DNA from: Patescibacteria group bacterium
Lineage (GTDB): Bacteria > Patescibacteriota > Minisyncoccia > Phycocordibacterales > DATDWN01
Length of the DNA: 61,815 bases
Assembly (NCBI GenBank): GCA_013816135.1
Contig: JACDEV010000003.1
Coordinates: 1 to 61,815 of the forward strand
Direction: 5' to 3'
Of this stretch, positions 1 through 9,211 are shown piece by piece. Under the pieces are notes generated by a model. The model searched no databases. It was not told the DNA's origin and saw only the letters and a program-made list of their open reading frames with translations. Every line of letters starts with the position of its first letter. Positions within the stretch are counted from its first letter, which is position 1. The translations under genes were made by a program, and so were the position numbers.

Positions 1-1
1 C

Positions 2-49
2 GCAACAAGTATGAAAAAACCCCGATCGGGGTTTTTTCATACTTGTTGC
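2..49. terminator. 48-bp perfect palindrome, bidirectional intrinsic-terminator-like hairpin
   Basis: nt 2-25 are the exact reverse complement of nt 26-49 (centre GATC). A GC core is flanked by A6/T6, so a U-run follows the stem on either strand. Confidence 0.6.
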
Positions 50-117
50 AGAGAACAGACAAACTTCTTTGTCAGGGTTGATTAGCGGTCTCATAAGTAT
101 TATCATTTATATGATCT

Positions 118-531
118 ATGCCTTATAAAAATCCAAGTAAAAAGAGAGAAAATCATAAAAAATATATGAGAGAGGTTTGGTATCCATTAAATAGAACCAA
201 ACATATTAAATATATTGAAAACTTAAAAAGAAAAATCTCCGTTTTTATAATGGATTACAAAAAGAAAGGAAGATGCTATGATTGTGGCTTGAGAGGAAAG
301 AGTTACCCAGAAATCCTTGAATTTGACCATTTAGGTGATAAAAAATTCAATATTTCTGAATATAGAAGAATTACGTCAAGCATAAGTAAGGTTCAAGAAG
401 AAATTGAAAAATGCCAACTAGTTTGTTCTAATTGCCACAGAATAAGAACTGTAAAGAGAAAAAATTGTATTGTCGGGGTAGCTCAATTGGTAGAGCGTGG
501 GACTCATAAGCCCAAGGTAGTGGGATCGTAA
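118..531 (+). CDS. small HNH endonuclease (homing/phage type)
   Basis: CYDCG ... EFDHLGDKKFN ... CSNCHRIRT gives the CxxC / H-N-H / CxxC pattern. The last ~20 codons are read out of the tRNA gene at 472-544, and the stop TAA lies in the tRNA T-loop. Confidence 0.7.
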   Translation: MPYKNPSKKRENHKKYMREVWYPLNRTKHIKYIENLKRKISVFIMDYKKKGRCYDCGLRGKSYPEILEFDHLGDKKFNISEYRRITSSISKVQEEIEKCQLVCSNCHRIRTVKRKNCIVGVAQLVERGTHKPKVVGS

Positions 532-544
532 CCCACCCTCGACA
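472..544 (+). tRNA. tRNA with CAU anticodon (elongator Met or Ile2-lysidine type)
   Basis: Cloverleaf folded by hand. Acceptor GTCGGGG/CCTCGAC with G1-C72, D arm GCTC/GAGC, anticodon loop CTCATAA, T arm GTGGG-ATCGTAA-CCCAC. No encoded CCA. The T-loop is unusual (A54, U58). Confidence 0.8.
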
Positions 545-601
545 CAAAATTTCGGGAGTAAATTTTTCTGAAGGCGGTAAGTTTCTTTTTTATCTAACAG
601 C

Positions 602-633
602 AAAAACCGCGCTTCCTTTTAAGGGAAGCGCGG
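602..633 (-). terminator. intrinsic terminator of the 639-959 gene
   Basis: CCGCGCTTCC / GGAAGCGCGG 10-bp GC-rich stem (607-633), followed on the minus strand by TTTTT. Confidence 0.6.
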
Positions 634-638
634 AGTAT

Positions 639-959
639 CTAAAGCTTGTCTACTTTTGCAGCCATGATGAAATCGTTTTCAGTTAGACCAAATGCGGCGT
701 GCGAGGTGAAGGAGATATCAACGTTTCTCCAGCGGTAAATACCCATGTCAGGATGATGATCTTCTTTTTCTGAGATCTCCGCCACCTTATTGAAAAAAGC
801 AAGTGCTTCCTTGAAGTTATTGAAGCGGAAGGTTTTTTGGATAGCTCTACGATACAAGGTCCATCCCCGAAGCTGACCGAGTCGCTCAGCAATCATTACA
901 TCGGAAAGGATTGGTGTATTGGCACGACATACTACGCACTTTTTCTGACTCAGATCCAT
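639..959 (-). CDS. phhB: pterin-4-alpha-carbinolamine dehydratase (PCD/DCoH family)
   Basis: 106 aa. Family-typical FxFxNF...A..F...VA..(S)E...HHPD ... LT(E)NDF pattern. Confidence 0.8.
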   Translation of the reverse strand: MDLSQKKCVVCRANTPILSDVMIAERLGQLRGWTLYRRAIQKTFRFNNFKEALAFFNKVAEISEKEDHHPDMGIYRWRNVDISFTSHAAFGLTENDFIMAAKVDKL

Positions 960-1043
960 AACTGCACCTCAAATGAAAGTGTCTTTGGGTAGTCTAACGG
1001 ATTAAAAGAGAAAAATCTACATGCTCTAAAATAGTCTGTCCTG

Positions 1044-1505
1044 TTAAGGAGTTATGTTTTTCTTTATAGAATCCCTAATTTTTTCAAGTATTTCAACTGG
1101 AACATCAAACTTATCAGCAGGGGAGTAGTTTTTACCCCATCTGGTGTCAACAAAAACATGGCCTGAAAATTCACGTTCCTTTTCATATCTTGGAATTAAA
1201 TGTAAGTGACCGTGACCTCCATGATCTATGAACAAATTTGCAAGCCAAGCATAATTCATAAAATCAGGCTTCCATAATACGCCAATCGCCTTTTCATACT
1301 CTTGGATAATTAACTTTAGCTCAGTGTACTCTTCATCAGTAGTATCAGAAAACTTTTGCATTTCTCCTTCTCGAAGTAGCCATATGTACGATCTTCCTAA
1401 GTATCTCTGTTCTTCGGAATGTAATAGCAGTGTCCAGTATTTATACTCTTTTAAAATCCATTCTTTGTACTTTGGATCTAGACTTCTATATTTTTCTTTC
1501 TTCAT
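1044..1505 (-). CDS. HIT (histidine triad) family protein
   Basis: HGGHGHLHLIPRY contains the HxHxHxx histidine-triad motif. 153 aa. Confidence 0.7.
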   Translation of the reverse strand: MKKEKYRSLDPKYKEWILKEYKYWTLLLHSEEQRYLGRSYIWLLREGEMQKFSDTTDEEYTELKLIIQEYEKAIGVLWKPDFMNYAWLANLFIDHGGHGHLHLIPRYEKEREFSGHVFVDTRWGKNYSPADKFDVPVEILEKIRDSIKKNITP

Positions 1506-1590
1506 ATAAAAAATTATACCAAGTTCGAACTAAAAAATCTTTGTAGTTAAGAGATTTTATCAAAAAAAGAAGAATTCTAGTTGTACAGTT

Positions 1591-2154
1591 CTAAATACTG
1601 CACACCAAAGGATCTGACATTTTCTTTCCAGTAATATATAAGGCTACAATAAGTATTATTATGCTCAGAAAACTGAACTCTTGACCTTTGAAGGGAAGTA
1701 ATCCTGTAAATGAAGCAGCTGCTCCTACCCCTAGAAAAGTGGATAGTACAACCGATCCGCAGGAGGCACATCCGATTCCGATTAAACCTGATAGCATACC
1801 TGGTATACTCATGCCGTTAGCTTTTTGAAAAGCAATACGTTTTTTGAAGTAATAAATTGTCACAGCCATATTTAATCCAAATAAAAGTGAGATGATTATA
1901 AGTAGGAATGCAGAGAGCATGCTGAAGTTTGTTGCGATAGCTCCGAGAGAACTCCAAAGAAAATTTATTTTTCCAAGTAATGTGAAATTATGAGAGAACA
2001 CAACCTCTCCTACTAAACTTAAGTTAGGGAACCAAACTGAAAACAAAAAGATTAGAACGGTAAAGATAAGTGATATAAGTGCATATAAGGGAGTGCATAT
2101 GATTTCATGATAGATAGAAGTAGATGCTGATTTTATGTTTTGAAATAATTTCAT
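1591..2154 (-). CDS. integral membrane protein, function unknown
   Basis: Multiple hydrophobic segments. GIGCASCGS CxxC motif inside a predicted TM helix. No family recognised. Confidence 0.5.
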   Translation of the reverse strand: MKLFQNIKSASTSIYHEIICTPLYALISLIFTVLIFLFSVWFPNLSLVGEVVFSHNFTLLGKINFLWSSLGAIATNFSMLSAFLLIIISLLFGLNMAVTIYYFKKRIAFQKANGMSIPGMLSGLIGIGCASCGSVVLSTFLGVGAAASFTGLLPFKGQEFSFLSIIILIVALYITGKKMSDPLVCSI

Positions 2155-2163
2155 TAGAATAGG

Positions 2164-2571
2164 TTATTTATCTAAATCTTCCAATAGGGAAGAGGGTTTG
2201 TGCGTAGACAATTCTTTCTTAGCTTCTTCAATAGAAAACCATCTAGTTTGAATATCAGGTTCCTTATTTCCTTTATCTGTTATTGGTTTTGCCTTAAACA
2301 TTGCTACTCTTATTGGTTCACCTGTTTTTTTGTTTTTGTATGTTAAATCCATCAGTCTTTTTGTAATCTCTACCTCATATCCTGTTTCTTCTTGCACTTC
2401 TCTAATGGCTGTTTGCTCTAAGGTCTCGCCAGTTTCAACATGTCCTTTCGGAAAACTCCAAGTCTTTCCTTTTTTGCCAGTTACTAGTAAGACCTTTCCT
2501 TTGTCCACGATCATGCATCCTGCCTTGAGAGTTTCGCCTTCTTTATTTTTAACTTTAATAGGTATATTCAT
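2164..2571 (-). CDS. NUDIX hydrolase
   Basis: Nudix box [23 protein letters not shown]. Confidence 0.85.
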   Translation of the reverse strand: MNIPIKVKNKEGETLKAGCMIVDKGKVLLVTGKKGKTWSFPKGHVETGETLEQTAIREVQEETGYEVEITKRLMDLTYKNKKTGEPIRVAMFKAKPITDKGNKEPDIQTRWFSIEEAKKELSTHKPSSLLEDLDK

Positions 2572-2594
2572 TTTTAAAAAATTATTAGAACTAC

Positions 2595-3257
2595 CTACAA
2601 ATTCTTTGTTCCTTGATTTAAGATTTTGCTATTCCAATGTTCCTCTAATGCAGAAAGTGTAATTTTTTCGTTAAATTGTTCTCGGAAGTAATTTTTTAGA
2701 TCTGAGTCAGGAAGCTTATTAAATGAGCTTCGCTTTTCCCAGTGCTTACTTTGAACCAGCCTTTCCACCCACTCTTTATCCCATGTCAGTTCACCTAGAT
2801 CAGTTAGAACAACCTTATTTTCAGATGTTACTCCGCAGTTGATCATAAAATTAAATGGTGTGTCGCTAAATCCATAATCCCAACAGCCAAGTAAATTATT
2901 CATGTATTCATTTACTAATTCTTTTTGCCTTGAAAAATCACTTGAATATAACATTTCTCCGAAGGGGATAACCTTATCCTGCTCATAACTAGCATTCTTT
3001 TTAATAACAGGATTACCTAATAATGATATATCTATACTAGGTAGGTGTTTTTTCAAATTCTCAATAGATTCTTTTGTTTGTTTACCTGTACCCAGAGAAG
3101 TTTTTATATTATGTATCAAATGATAATAAACTTTATATTTAGGAGCAATTTTATGAAATCTATAAATTTTTTCAAAAAAAGAAGTTTGGGTCTTCCTAAC
3201 TCTGTCGTTTCCTAGATCATAAACATTGTATTGAATACCACTACCAATTTTTTTCAT
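2595..3257 (-). CDS. hypothetical protein (possible kinase-like fold, weak)
   Basis: Long ORF with host-like codon usage. N-terminal GSGIQYNVY and a later LTDLGE are only loosely kinase-like. Confidence 0.4.
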   Translation of the reverse strand: MKKIGSGIQYNVYDLGNDRVRKTQTSFFEKIYRFHKIAPKYKVYYHLIHNIKTSLGTGKQTKESIENLKKHLPSIDISLLGNPVIKKNASYEQDKVIPFGEMLYSSDFSRQKELVNEYMNNLLGCWDYGFSDTPFNFMINCGVTSENKVVLTDLGELTWDKEWVERLVQSKHWEKRSSFNKLPDSDLKNYFREQFNEKITLSALEEHWNSKILNQGTKNL

Positions 3258-3354
3258 ACCAAAATTCTACCATAGATCTAATCTCTAAGACTTAGCTGAT
3301 GATTTAGACAAAAATCCTTCACAAGGATTTTTTTCTGAGCGTGCTAGGATGATG

Positions 3355-3780
3355 TTAAAATTGTTTTATTAAATTAATAACTTTAGGTACCCATACTTCT
3401 TGAGTAAAGAAGAGGGTAACAACTATAAATATTAAAATAATAACTCTTACATTATTAATAAGAAATAAAATTAAACTATATGTCTTTTCTGCTCTTTCTA
3501 ACAAAATTTGGTCGTTTTCTTGATTAGCAATTTCTATTATTTTTTTGAAACTTAAACCAGGTGTATTACCCGTATTGAAAGACTGAGACAAGTTAAAAGG
3601 AAATGGAAGAAATTTTAAAAATCTTGATGTTCCTAATTGATTTTTATATCGAGTTGGATATTTTACTTTTACATAACAACCAAGAGAATATAATTTCATT
3701 TCTAAGAATATTTTGAAGATAAGAAATGTCAAAATAAGTAAGCTTATTAAAAACCATAATATTGTGGGATTGTCTATCAT
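3355..3780 (-). CDS. hypothetical membrane protein
   Basis: ORF with N- and C-terminal hydrophobic helices. No recognisable motif. Confidence 0.4.
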   Translation of the reverse strand: MIDNPTILWFLISLLILTFLIFKIFLEMKLYSLGCYVKVKYPTRYKNQLGTSRFLKFLPFPFNLSQSFNTGNTPGLSFKKIIEIANQENDQILLERAEKTYSLILFLINNVRVIILIFIVVTLFFTQEVWVPKVINLIKQF

Positions 3781-3883
3781 TTCTAAATGATACCATAGTT
3801 CAAATTGACTACACGAGTGAACTTTATTTCCTTATTTATCAGCTTAAAACGATGTGGATCGGGATTATTTTCATTAACTACAC

Positions 3884-3905
3884 AAAAACCCCTTTCGGGG
3901 CTTTG
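3884..3905 (-). terminator. hairpin immediately 3' of tRNA-Asp
   Basis: The minus strand reads AAAGCCCC GAAA GGGGTTTTT directly after the tRNA 3' end. Confidence 0.45.
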
Positions 3906-3910
3906 TTTTG

Positions 3911-3984
3911 CGCGGTCGACCGGACTTGAACCGGCAACCTCTCCCGTGACAGGGGAGTGCTCTAACCAGTTGAGCTACGACCGC
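3911..3984 (-). tRNA. tRNA-Asp (GUC)
   Basis: The reverse complement folds as a cloverleaf: acceptor GCGGTCG/CGACCGC, anticodon loop CTGTCAC, T arm GCCGG-TTCAAGT-CCGGT. No encoded CCA. Confidence 0.9.
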
Positions 3985-4067
3985 ATAGAATAAAACTAAC
4001 AAATTTATCCTTATTTATCAATGTAGACCTATTCTATGAAGTTAAATTCAATGTTAATATCTATATT

Positions 4068-5741
4068 ATGGCTTATTTACTTTTTCCAGGACGACATCTA
4101 TTGACCACAGCTTTTCAATCAGATTACCTTTGGAGCATACTTCGACTTCCTATAAACAAACTTGAACTGTTAGGAGAATACAAAGGTGATGGTGAAGATA
4201 AAATCGATACCATAATTTTTGCAGTCACTTCCGCCAACCAAGAGAATTCACGTTATAACCCGATCCCGTTTCATATGAGATCTATTGAACTTGATAGATT
4301 CTCAGAAGATTATAGAAATGCATTAGGAGTAAAAACCGAAATAGTTGCAATACCGCACTTTCATCCAAACGAACATTTCGGAGAGTATATCCTAAAAGAG
4401 TACTCTGAAAAAACAGAAAATCAGACAGTTCTTACCCCAAAAAATACTATAGTTCTTTGTTCAACTCTTGCTTTAATACAGCAATATCAGAAACTAGGAT
4501 TTGCTGTCCTTACATCCGAATATGATGTTAAAGAAGAAAAACTAAAATCAAAAACCCCGATTGACTACCTAAGACTGTTCGCATCAAGCGAAGGTGAATG
4601 GGAAATGAATGCTGAATTTACAACTGGAGTTTCCAAGGCAACTCAAAAATTCTGGAAAGATTTTCCTTCTGTTCCAACAAAGATCCTTCGTCTCTGGAAA
4701 GACCCACTGCTTACAGAAGAAGGTAGTCTGACCAAAACAAGAAACTATTCAACATACGCCCAAGGAATGGGCCATACAGCACTTCTTGATGCAAAATATA
4801 AAGACATAAATCAATCTGTAAAGACTGGAAAGATAGTGGACGAGGGCTGTGCTGACGGTGCCCTGATGACACTTCTTGCAAAAGATTTTTCTGACTCAGA
4901 TATTATAGGAATTGAGATCACTAGCGAGTTTACTGCTAGATGTTTAGAACGGCAAAGAGCAGGAGAGTTTGGTGGGACATTTGTACATTTTCATCAGAGG
5001 AACTTGATGGATAAGATTTTTGAAGATAACTCAATTGATACAACTATTTGTAATTCAACAACCCATGAGATATGGTCATACGGTGACAGAGAAGAGTCCT
5101 TGTTTAAGTATCTAAAGCTTAAGTTTGATCAGCTGTCAAAAAATGGAAGATTGATTATTCGCGATGTGGTGGGTCCAGAAGATAAGGAAAAAATAGTTTA
5201 TCTGGAATTGAATGATAGAGACGGTTCAAATGATAATATTTTTAAAATCTGTTCCAACCAGGATGAATTACGCGATCACCTATCAGGATTATCTACCTCC
5301 GCTCGGTTTATTCGTTTCACAGAAGATTATTTGAAAGATATGAGAGAAGGTGAAAGAAGAGGGGATGAAACTAAAATAAAATTTGAAAAAACAATAATAG
5401 ACAATAAGAACTATTTCGTCCTAAGGCTCAAAGATGCAATGGAGTTTTTGACTAAGAAAGATTATGTAGATAATTGGCAAAGCGAATTAAATGAAGAGTT
5501 CGCATTCTGGAGTTTTAGTGAGTGGAAAGATATTTTAAGAAAAATAGGTTTTCATATAATTGAGAACCCAAATGAACTTGAAAGATCGTCTCGAGCATTC
5601 GGTATTTCATGGATAGTAGATAATAGACTGAAGGGTAAAGGAACTATATATACAAAGGACGGTAACTCATTAAATGTTTTACCATATCCGCCTACAAATA
5701 TGGTTATAATAGCTACAAAAGAAGGAACATTTGACAATTAA
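4068..5741 (+). CDS. two-domain protein: N-terminal nucleotidyltransferase-like region fused to a class I SAM-dependent methyltransferase
   Basis: The SAM motif I-like IVDEGCADGALM lies mid-protein. The N-terminal LLFPGRHLLTTAFQ resembles a degenerate GRFxPxHxGH of NMNAT-type enzymes. It lies directly upstream of pnuC-nadR. Confidence 0.55.
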   Translation: MAYLLFPGRHLLTTAFQSDYLWSILRLPINKLELLGEYKGDGEDKIDTIIFAVTSANQENSRYNPIPFHMRSIELDRFSEDYRNALGVKTEIVAIPHFHPNEHFGEYILKEYSEKTENQTVLTPKNTIVLCSTLALIQQYQKLGFAVLTSEYDVKEEKLKSKTPIDYLRLFASSEGEWEMNAEFTTGVSKATQKFWKDFPSVPTKILRLWKDPLLTEEGSLTKTRNYSTYAQGMGHTALLDAKYKDINQSVKTGKIVDEGCADGALMTLLAKDFSDSDIIGIEITSEFTARCLERQRAGEFGGTFVHFHQRNLMDKIFEDNSIDTTICNSTTHEIWSYGDREESLFKYLKLKFDQLSKNGRLIIRDVVGPEDKEKIVYLELNDRDGSNDNIFKICSNQDELRDHLSGLSTSARFIRFTEDYLKDMREGERRGDETKIKFEKTIIDNKNYFVLRLKDAMEFLTKKDYVDNWQSELNEEFAFWSFSEWKDILRKIGFHIIENPNELERSSRAFGISWIVDNRLKGKGTIYTKDGNSLNVLPYPPTNMVIIATKEGTFDN

Positions 5742-5789
5742 GTATTAAGTGTATAATATACAATATATACCTTTAATATTTATAAAGTC

Positions 5790-6452
5790 ATGAAAAAAAT
5801 TATATATTGGTTCGCTGTAGTTGTGTCAGTAGTCTTGATCTATGCTTCCTGGAAAGGGATTATTCCTTTTGGGCTAACTGAGATGCTGGGATTTGTAACA
5901 GGGGGTTGGACCGTTTGGCTTACTGTAAAGGAGAACATTTGGAATTGGCCAATTGGTATTTTGAATTCAATTTTTTTCCTAATACTTTTTCTAAAAGCTA
6001 GATTATTTGCAGATTCAGGTTTGCAAGTTGTTTATGTGGTATTTGGTTTTTTGGGGTGGTATTGGTGGCTATATGGAGGAAAAGATAAGACAGAATTGCC
6101 TGTTCAAAATGTAACAAAGCGCACAGCATTTATCTTGGCCTTCCTTACTCTTGCTTTCACTTGGATTATGACTATATATTTGAGAAAGATATCAGACGTG
6201 TCTCCATTTCTAGATGCTTTGACAACTGTTCTAAGTTTGGTTGCACAGTATCTTCTTACAAAAAAATACATAGAGAATTGGTATATATGGATAACAGCAG
6301 ATGTTATATATATTTATCTATATGCATACAAGAATCTATATCTGACTTCAATCTTGTATTTTATTTTCCTATGTATGTGTATTCAAGGAGTTCTGGAATG
6401 GAAGAGATCGCAAGATAAGATGATTTTCGTAGAGCCTGCAATAATAAAATAA
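5790..6452 (+). CDS. pnuC: nicotinamide riboside transporter PnuC
   Basis: 220-aa polytopic membrane protein with Trp-rich motifs (NIWNWPIGILN, GWYWW). Immediately followed by nadR. Confidence 0.75.
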   Translation: MKKIIYWFAVVVSVVLIYASWKGIIPFGLTEMLGFVTGGWTVWLTVKENIWNWPIGILNSIFFLILFLKARLFADSGLQVVYVVFGFLGWYWWLYGGKDKTELPVQNVTKRTAFILAFLTLAFTWIMTIYLRKISDVSPFLDALTTVLSLVAQYLLTKKYIENWYIWITADVIYIYLYAYKNLYLTSILYFIFLCMCIQGVLEWKRSQDKMIFVEPAIIK

Positions 6453-6457
6453 ATAAT

Positions 6458-7435
6458 ATGTTTAAATTCAAAAAAGGATTAGTAATAGGGAAGTTCTACC
6501 CTCCACATAAAGGTCACAAATACCTTATAGATAAAGCCAAAGCGCAATGTGATGAATTGACTGTTATATTGTGTTGGAAAAGAAGCGAAACAATCCCTGG
6601 TTATCTGCGAGCTGATTGGTTAAAAAAAATACACCCAGATGTATATATAAAAGTAATAGAAGATAATAAATTAGCCGATGATGATTCTAAGGGTTGGGCT
6701 AAGTTTACTTTGGATATATTGGGTTATGTTCCAGATGCAGTCTTCACCTCAGAAGCATATGGCGATCCTTATGCATCGTTTATGGGCAGCACTCACGTTC
6801 TAGTTGATAAAGATAGAACCTTTATACCTATATCCGCTACGATAATTAGAAAAGATCCAATTTCTAACGCCGAATTTTTGGAACCATGTGTACGGTCCTA
6901 TTTCTCAAGACGAATTAGGATTGTAGGAGCAGAATCAACGGGAACTACTACACTATCGCGTGACTTGGCTAAACATTATAATACTGTTTGGGTTCCAGAA
7001 TATGGCAGAATGTATTGTGAAGGGAAGTTGTTCGGTGGCAAAGAAGCTACTTGGAGGAGTAATGAATTTCTAAACATTGCAAAAATGCAGGCATCTTTAG
7101 AGGATACTTTAGCTGAATCTTCGAATGGATTGGTCATATGTGATACAGATCCATTTGCTACAAGTGTTTGGCATGAGCGATATATGAATAGCGAGTCAAA
7201 GGAAGTAGAAGCATTCGCCGCAACTAGAGGGTATGACTTATATATAGTTACAGGTGATGAAATTCCATTTGTGCAGGATGGTACCAGGGACGGAGAAAAC
7301 ATCAGACATCAGATGCATCAAAGGTTTTTAGAGAAGTTGGAAAAAAATAATCACAAGTATATTGTAGTAAGCGGTAGTCAGATAGAAAGATTAAATCAAA
7401 GTATAGCAGCAATAGATCAATATCAAGTCAAATAA
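6458..7435 (+). CDS. nadR: NadR-type NMN adenylyltransferase / ribosylnicotinamide kinase (no HTH domain)
   Basis: N-terminal GKFYPPHKGH (GxFxPxHxGH), then the P-loop GAESTGTTTL of the kinase domain. Confidence 0.8.
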   Translation: MFKFKKGLVIGKFYPPHKGHKYLIDKAKAQCDELTVILCWKRSETIPGYLRADWLKKIHPDVYIKVIEDNKLADDDSKGWAKFTLDILGYVPDAVFTSEAYGDPYASFMGSTHVLVDKDRTFIPISATIIRKDPISNAEFLEPCVRSYFSRRIRIVGAESTGTTTLSRDLAKHYNTVWVPEYGRMYCEGKLFGGKEATWRSNEFLNIAKMQASLEDTLAESSNGLVICDTDPFATSVWHERYMNSESKEVEAFAATRGYDLYIVTGDEIPFVQDGTRDGENIRHQMHQRFLEKLEKNNHKYIVVSGSQIERLNQSIAAIDQYQVK

Positions 7436-7455
7436 TTTTGGTATATAATTACATT

Positions 7456-8121
7456 ATGTCTAAAGACACTAATCCTATCCCAAAGGAAATAAGATTTGCA
7501 GCTCTCGCCGTGGATGTGGTGTGTTTTCGAATAAACGAAGGTAGATTAGAAATGCTAGTAGGGGAAATCATTTCTGATAATAACAAATATAAAGGACAGC
7601 TTGCTCATATTGGGGGTTTAATAAAAGTTGATGAGACTGCTGAACAATCTGTTGATCGATTGCTAAAAGACAAAGCTGGCCTGACAAATGTATATAAAGA
7701 GCAACTCTATACTTTCAGTAAGGTTGATAGAGACCCACGTGGCCGAGTCGTGTCCGTCGCTTATTTAGGTTTTACAAATAAAAATACAAGTCAATTGGAA
7801 AACACAGAAGTCAGGACTGAATGGAAATCTGCCCATGATAGTTCTAAGCTTGCATATGATCATAATGAAATGACAAAGGTAGGAATTGAGCGTTTGCAGT
7901 CCAAAATTATATATACAGATATAGCTCGCCATCTTATGCCAGAAGAGTTTACACTTTCAGAACTTCAAAAGGTCTATGAGGTTGTGTCGGGGGAGGAGAT
8001 GGACAAGAGAAACTTTCGAAAGAAAATGTTAGCACTCGGGATACTTCATGATACTAAACGTACAATAAAAAAAGGAGTAATGAGGCCTGCCACCTTGTAT
8101 AGATTTAAACCATCAAAATAA
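7456..8121 (+). CDS. nrtR: NrtR-like Nudix-related transcriptional regulator
   Basis: N-terminal Nudix-fold region without a full catalytic box, plus a C-terminal winged-helix-like LSELQKVYEVVSGEEMDKRNFRKKM. The ATG at 7456 is preferred over the TTG at 7438. Confidence 0.7.
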   Translation: MSKDTNPIPKEIRFAALAVDVVCFRINEGRLEMLVGEIISDNNKYKGQLAHIGGLIKVDETAEQSVDRLLKDKAGLTNVYKEQLYTFSKVDRDPRGRVVSVAYLGFTNKNTSQLENTEVRTEWKSAHDSSKLAYDHNEMTKVGIERLQSKIIYTDIARHLMPEEFTLSELQKVYEVVSGEEMDKRNFRKKMLALGILHDTKRTIKKGVMRPATLYRFKPSK

Positions 8122-8146
8122 ACCTCTCATCCCGAGAGGTATTTTT
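8122..8146 (+). terminator. intrinsic terminator after nrtR
   Basis: ACCTCTC atccc GAGAGGT followed by ATTTTT. Confidence 0.6.
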
Positions 8147-8197
8147 GTGTCTCTTAAATAGTTTAGATTTGACACCATTAACTAATTATGTCCTATA

Positions 8198-8218
8198 ATA
8201 GTGTAATCTTGACACTAT
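8198..8218. promoter_or_regulatory. 21-bp palindrome ATAGTGT-N7-ACACTAT, candidate NrtR operator
   Basis: Exact 7-bp inverted arms overlapping the -35 of the nadM/nadV promoter. A third ATAGTGT half-site at 8233-8239 overlaps the -10. Confidence 0.4.
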
Positions 8219-8237
8219 CTATATAAAGGAATATAGT
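8209..8237 (+). promoter_or_regulatory. sigma70-like promoter for nadM-nadV
   Basis: TTGACA (8209-8214), 17-nt spacer, TATAGT (8232-8237). Confidence 0.5.
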
Positions 8238-8288
8238 GTATTTAGAACAATATATAGTCCTTTAACATTATTCCATAAGGAGAAAAAA

Positions 8289-9197
8289 ATGAATCACACA
8301 CAAACAGTCGGAGTAGTAGTTGGTAGATTTCAAAGCCCATATGTACATAGCGGTCATCAATACCTTCTTGAAGAAGTCAGGCGAAGGTGCGATCAGATTC
8401 TGATTATCGTGGGGGTGACAGGGGGAGTGCCTGATAGTCATGACCCGATGGATTTTAAGACCAGAAAACTGATGATCGAATCCAGATGTCCTGGTGCAGT
8501 GATAGTTTCTTTAAATGATCACTTATCCAATGAAGCGTGGTCGTCAAAGCTTGATGATTTGATCGCGGAGAACTTTCCAGGTTTTAAAGCTATGTTGTTT
8601 GGATCAAGAGACAGTTTTCTTCCATGCTACAAAGGAAAGAATTGCATGGAGTACATTATGCCAAAGGCAGATGTACCCTCTGCAACAACTTTGCGAGCTG
8701 AAGTAACAATGAAACCTTTGAATTCAAGTGATTTTCGTGCAGGTATTATTTACGCCGGAACAAGGCAAGGATTTCCTACTTCGTTTCAAGCAGTAGATAT
8801 TGCAATCCGGCACAGCATTGAAGATAAGGTAATTGTTGGAAGAAAGGCTGGCGAAAGTGGTTGGCGTTTCCCTGGGGGCTTCTCAGATCCAGCAGATCTA
8901 AGTTTAGAATCTGCTGCTGTGAGAGAAGCTCGTGAAGAAGCTGGAGATATCGAGGTAGGGAATGTAAAGTACCTCGCTTCTCGCAGGATGGAAGATTTTC
9001 GTTACAGAAAATCTGACAACAAACTGATGACAGCTTTGTTTTCTGGAACTTACATTTTCGGCCAAGTAAAAGCTGGCGACGATCTAGTCGAAGTCAGATG
9101 GCAAGACTTTGATGGGCTTATTGAATGCATGATGACTGATCACAAATGCTTAGGAGAAATTTTTCTTCAAAGCATTCAAACAAATAAATCCGTATAA
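8289..9197 (+). CDS. nadM: bifunctional NMN adenylyltransferase / Nudix ADP-ribose pyrophosphatase (NadM-Nudix)
   Basis: N-terminal GRFQSPYVHSGH (NMNAT motif). C-terminal Nudix box GGFSDPADLSLESAAVREAREEAG. Confidence 0.8.
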   Translation: MNHTQTVGVVVGRFQSPYVHSGHQYLLEEVRRRCDQILIIVGVTGGVPDSHDPMDFKTRKLMIESRCPGAVIVSLNDHLSNEAWSSKLDDLIAENFPGFKAMLFGSRDSFLPCYKGKNCMEYIMPKADVPSATTLRAEVTMKPLNSSDFRAGIIYAGTRQGFPTSFQAVDIAIRHSIEDKVIVGRKAGESGWRFPGGFSDPADLSLESAAVREAREEAGDIEVGNVKYLASRRMEDFRYRKSDNKLMTALFSGTYIFGQVKAGDDLVEVRWQDFDGLIECMMTDHKCLGEIFLQSIQTNKSV

Positions 9198-9211
9198 CCG
9201 AAAGGTGTTTT

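Noticed and set aside
418-603. 61-aa minus-strand ORF
   Set aside because: It lies antisense across the tRNA(CAU) gene and the HNH 3' end. It is an artefact of the tRNA's GC-rich sequence.
3805-3993. 62-aa plus-strand ORF
   Set aside because: It is the antisense of tRNA-Asp and its terminator, not a gene.
5742-5789. NAD+/pnuC-motif riboswitch upstream of pnuC
   Set aside because: The spacer is only 48 nt of A/T-rich sequence with no room for the known structured leaders.
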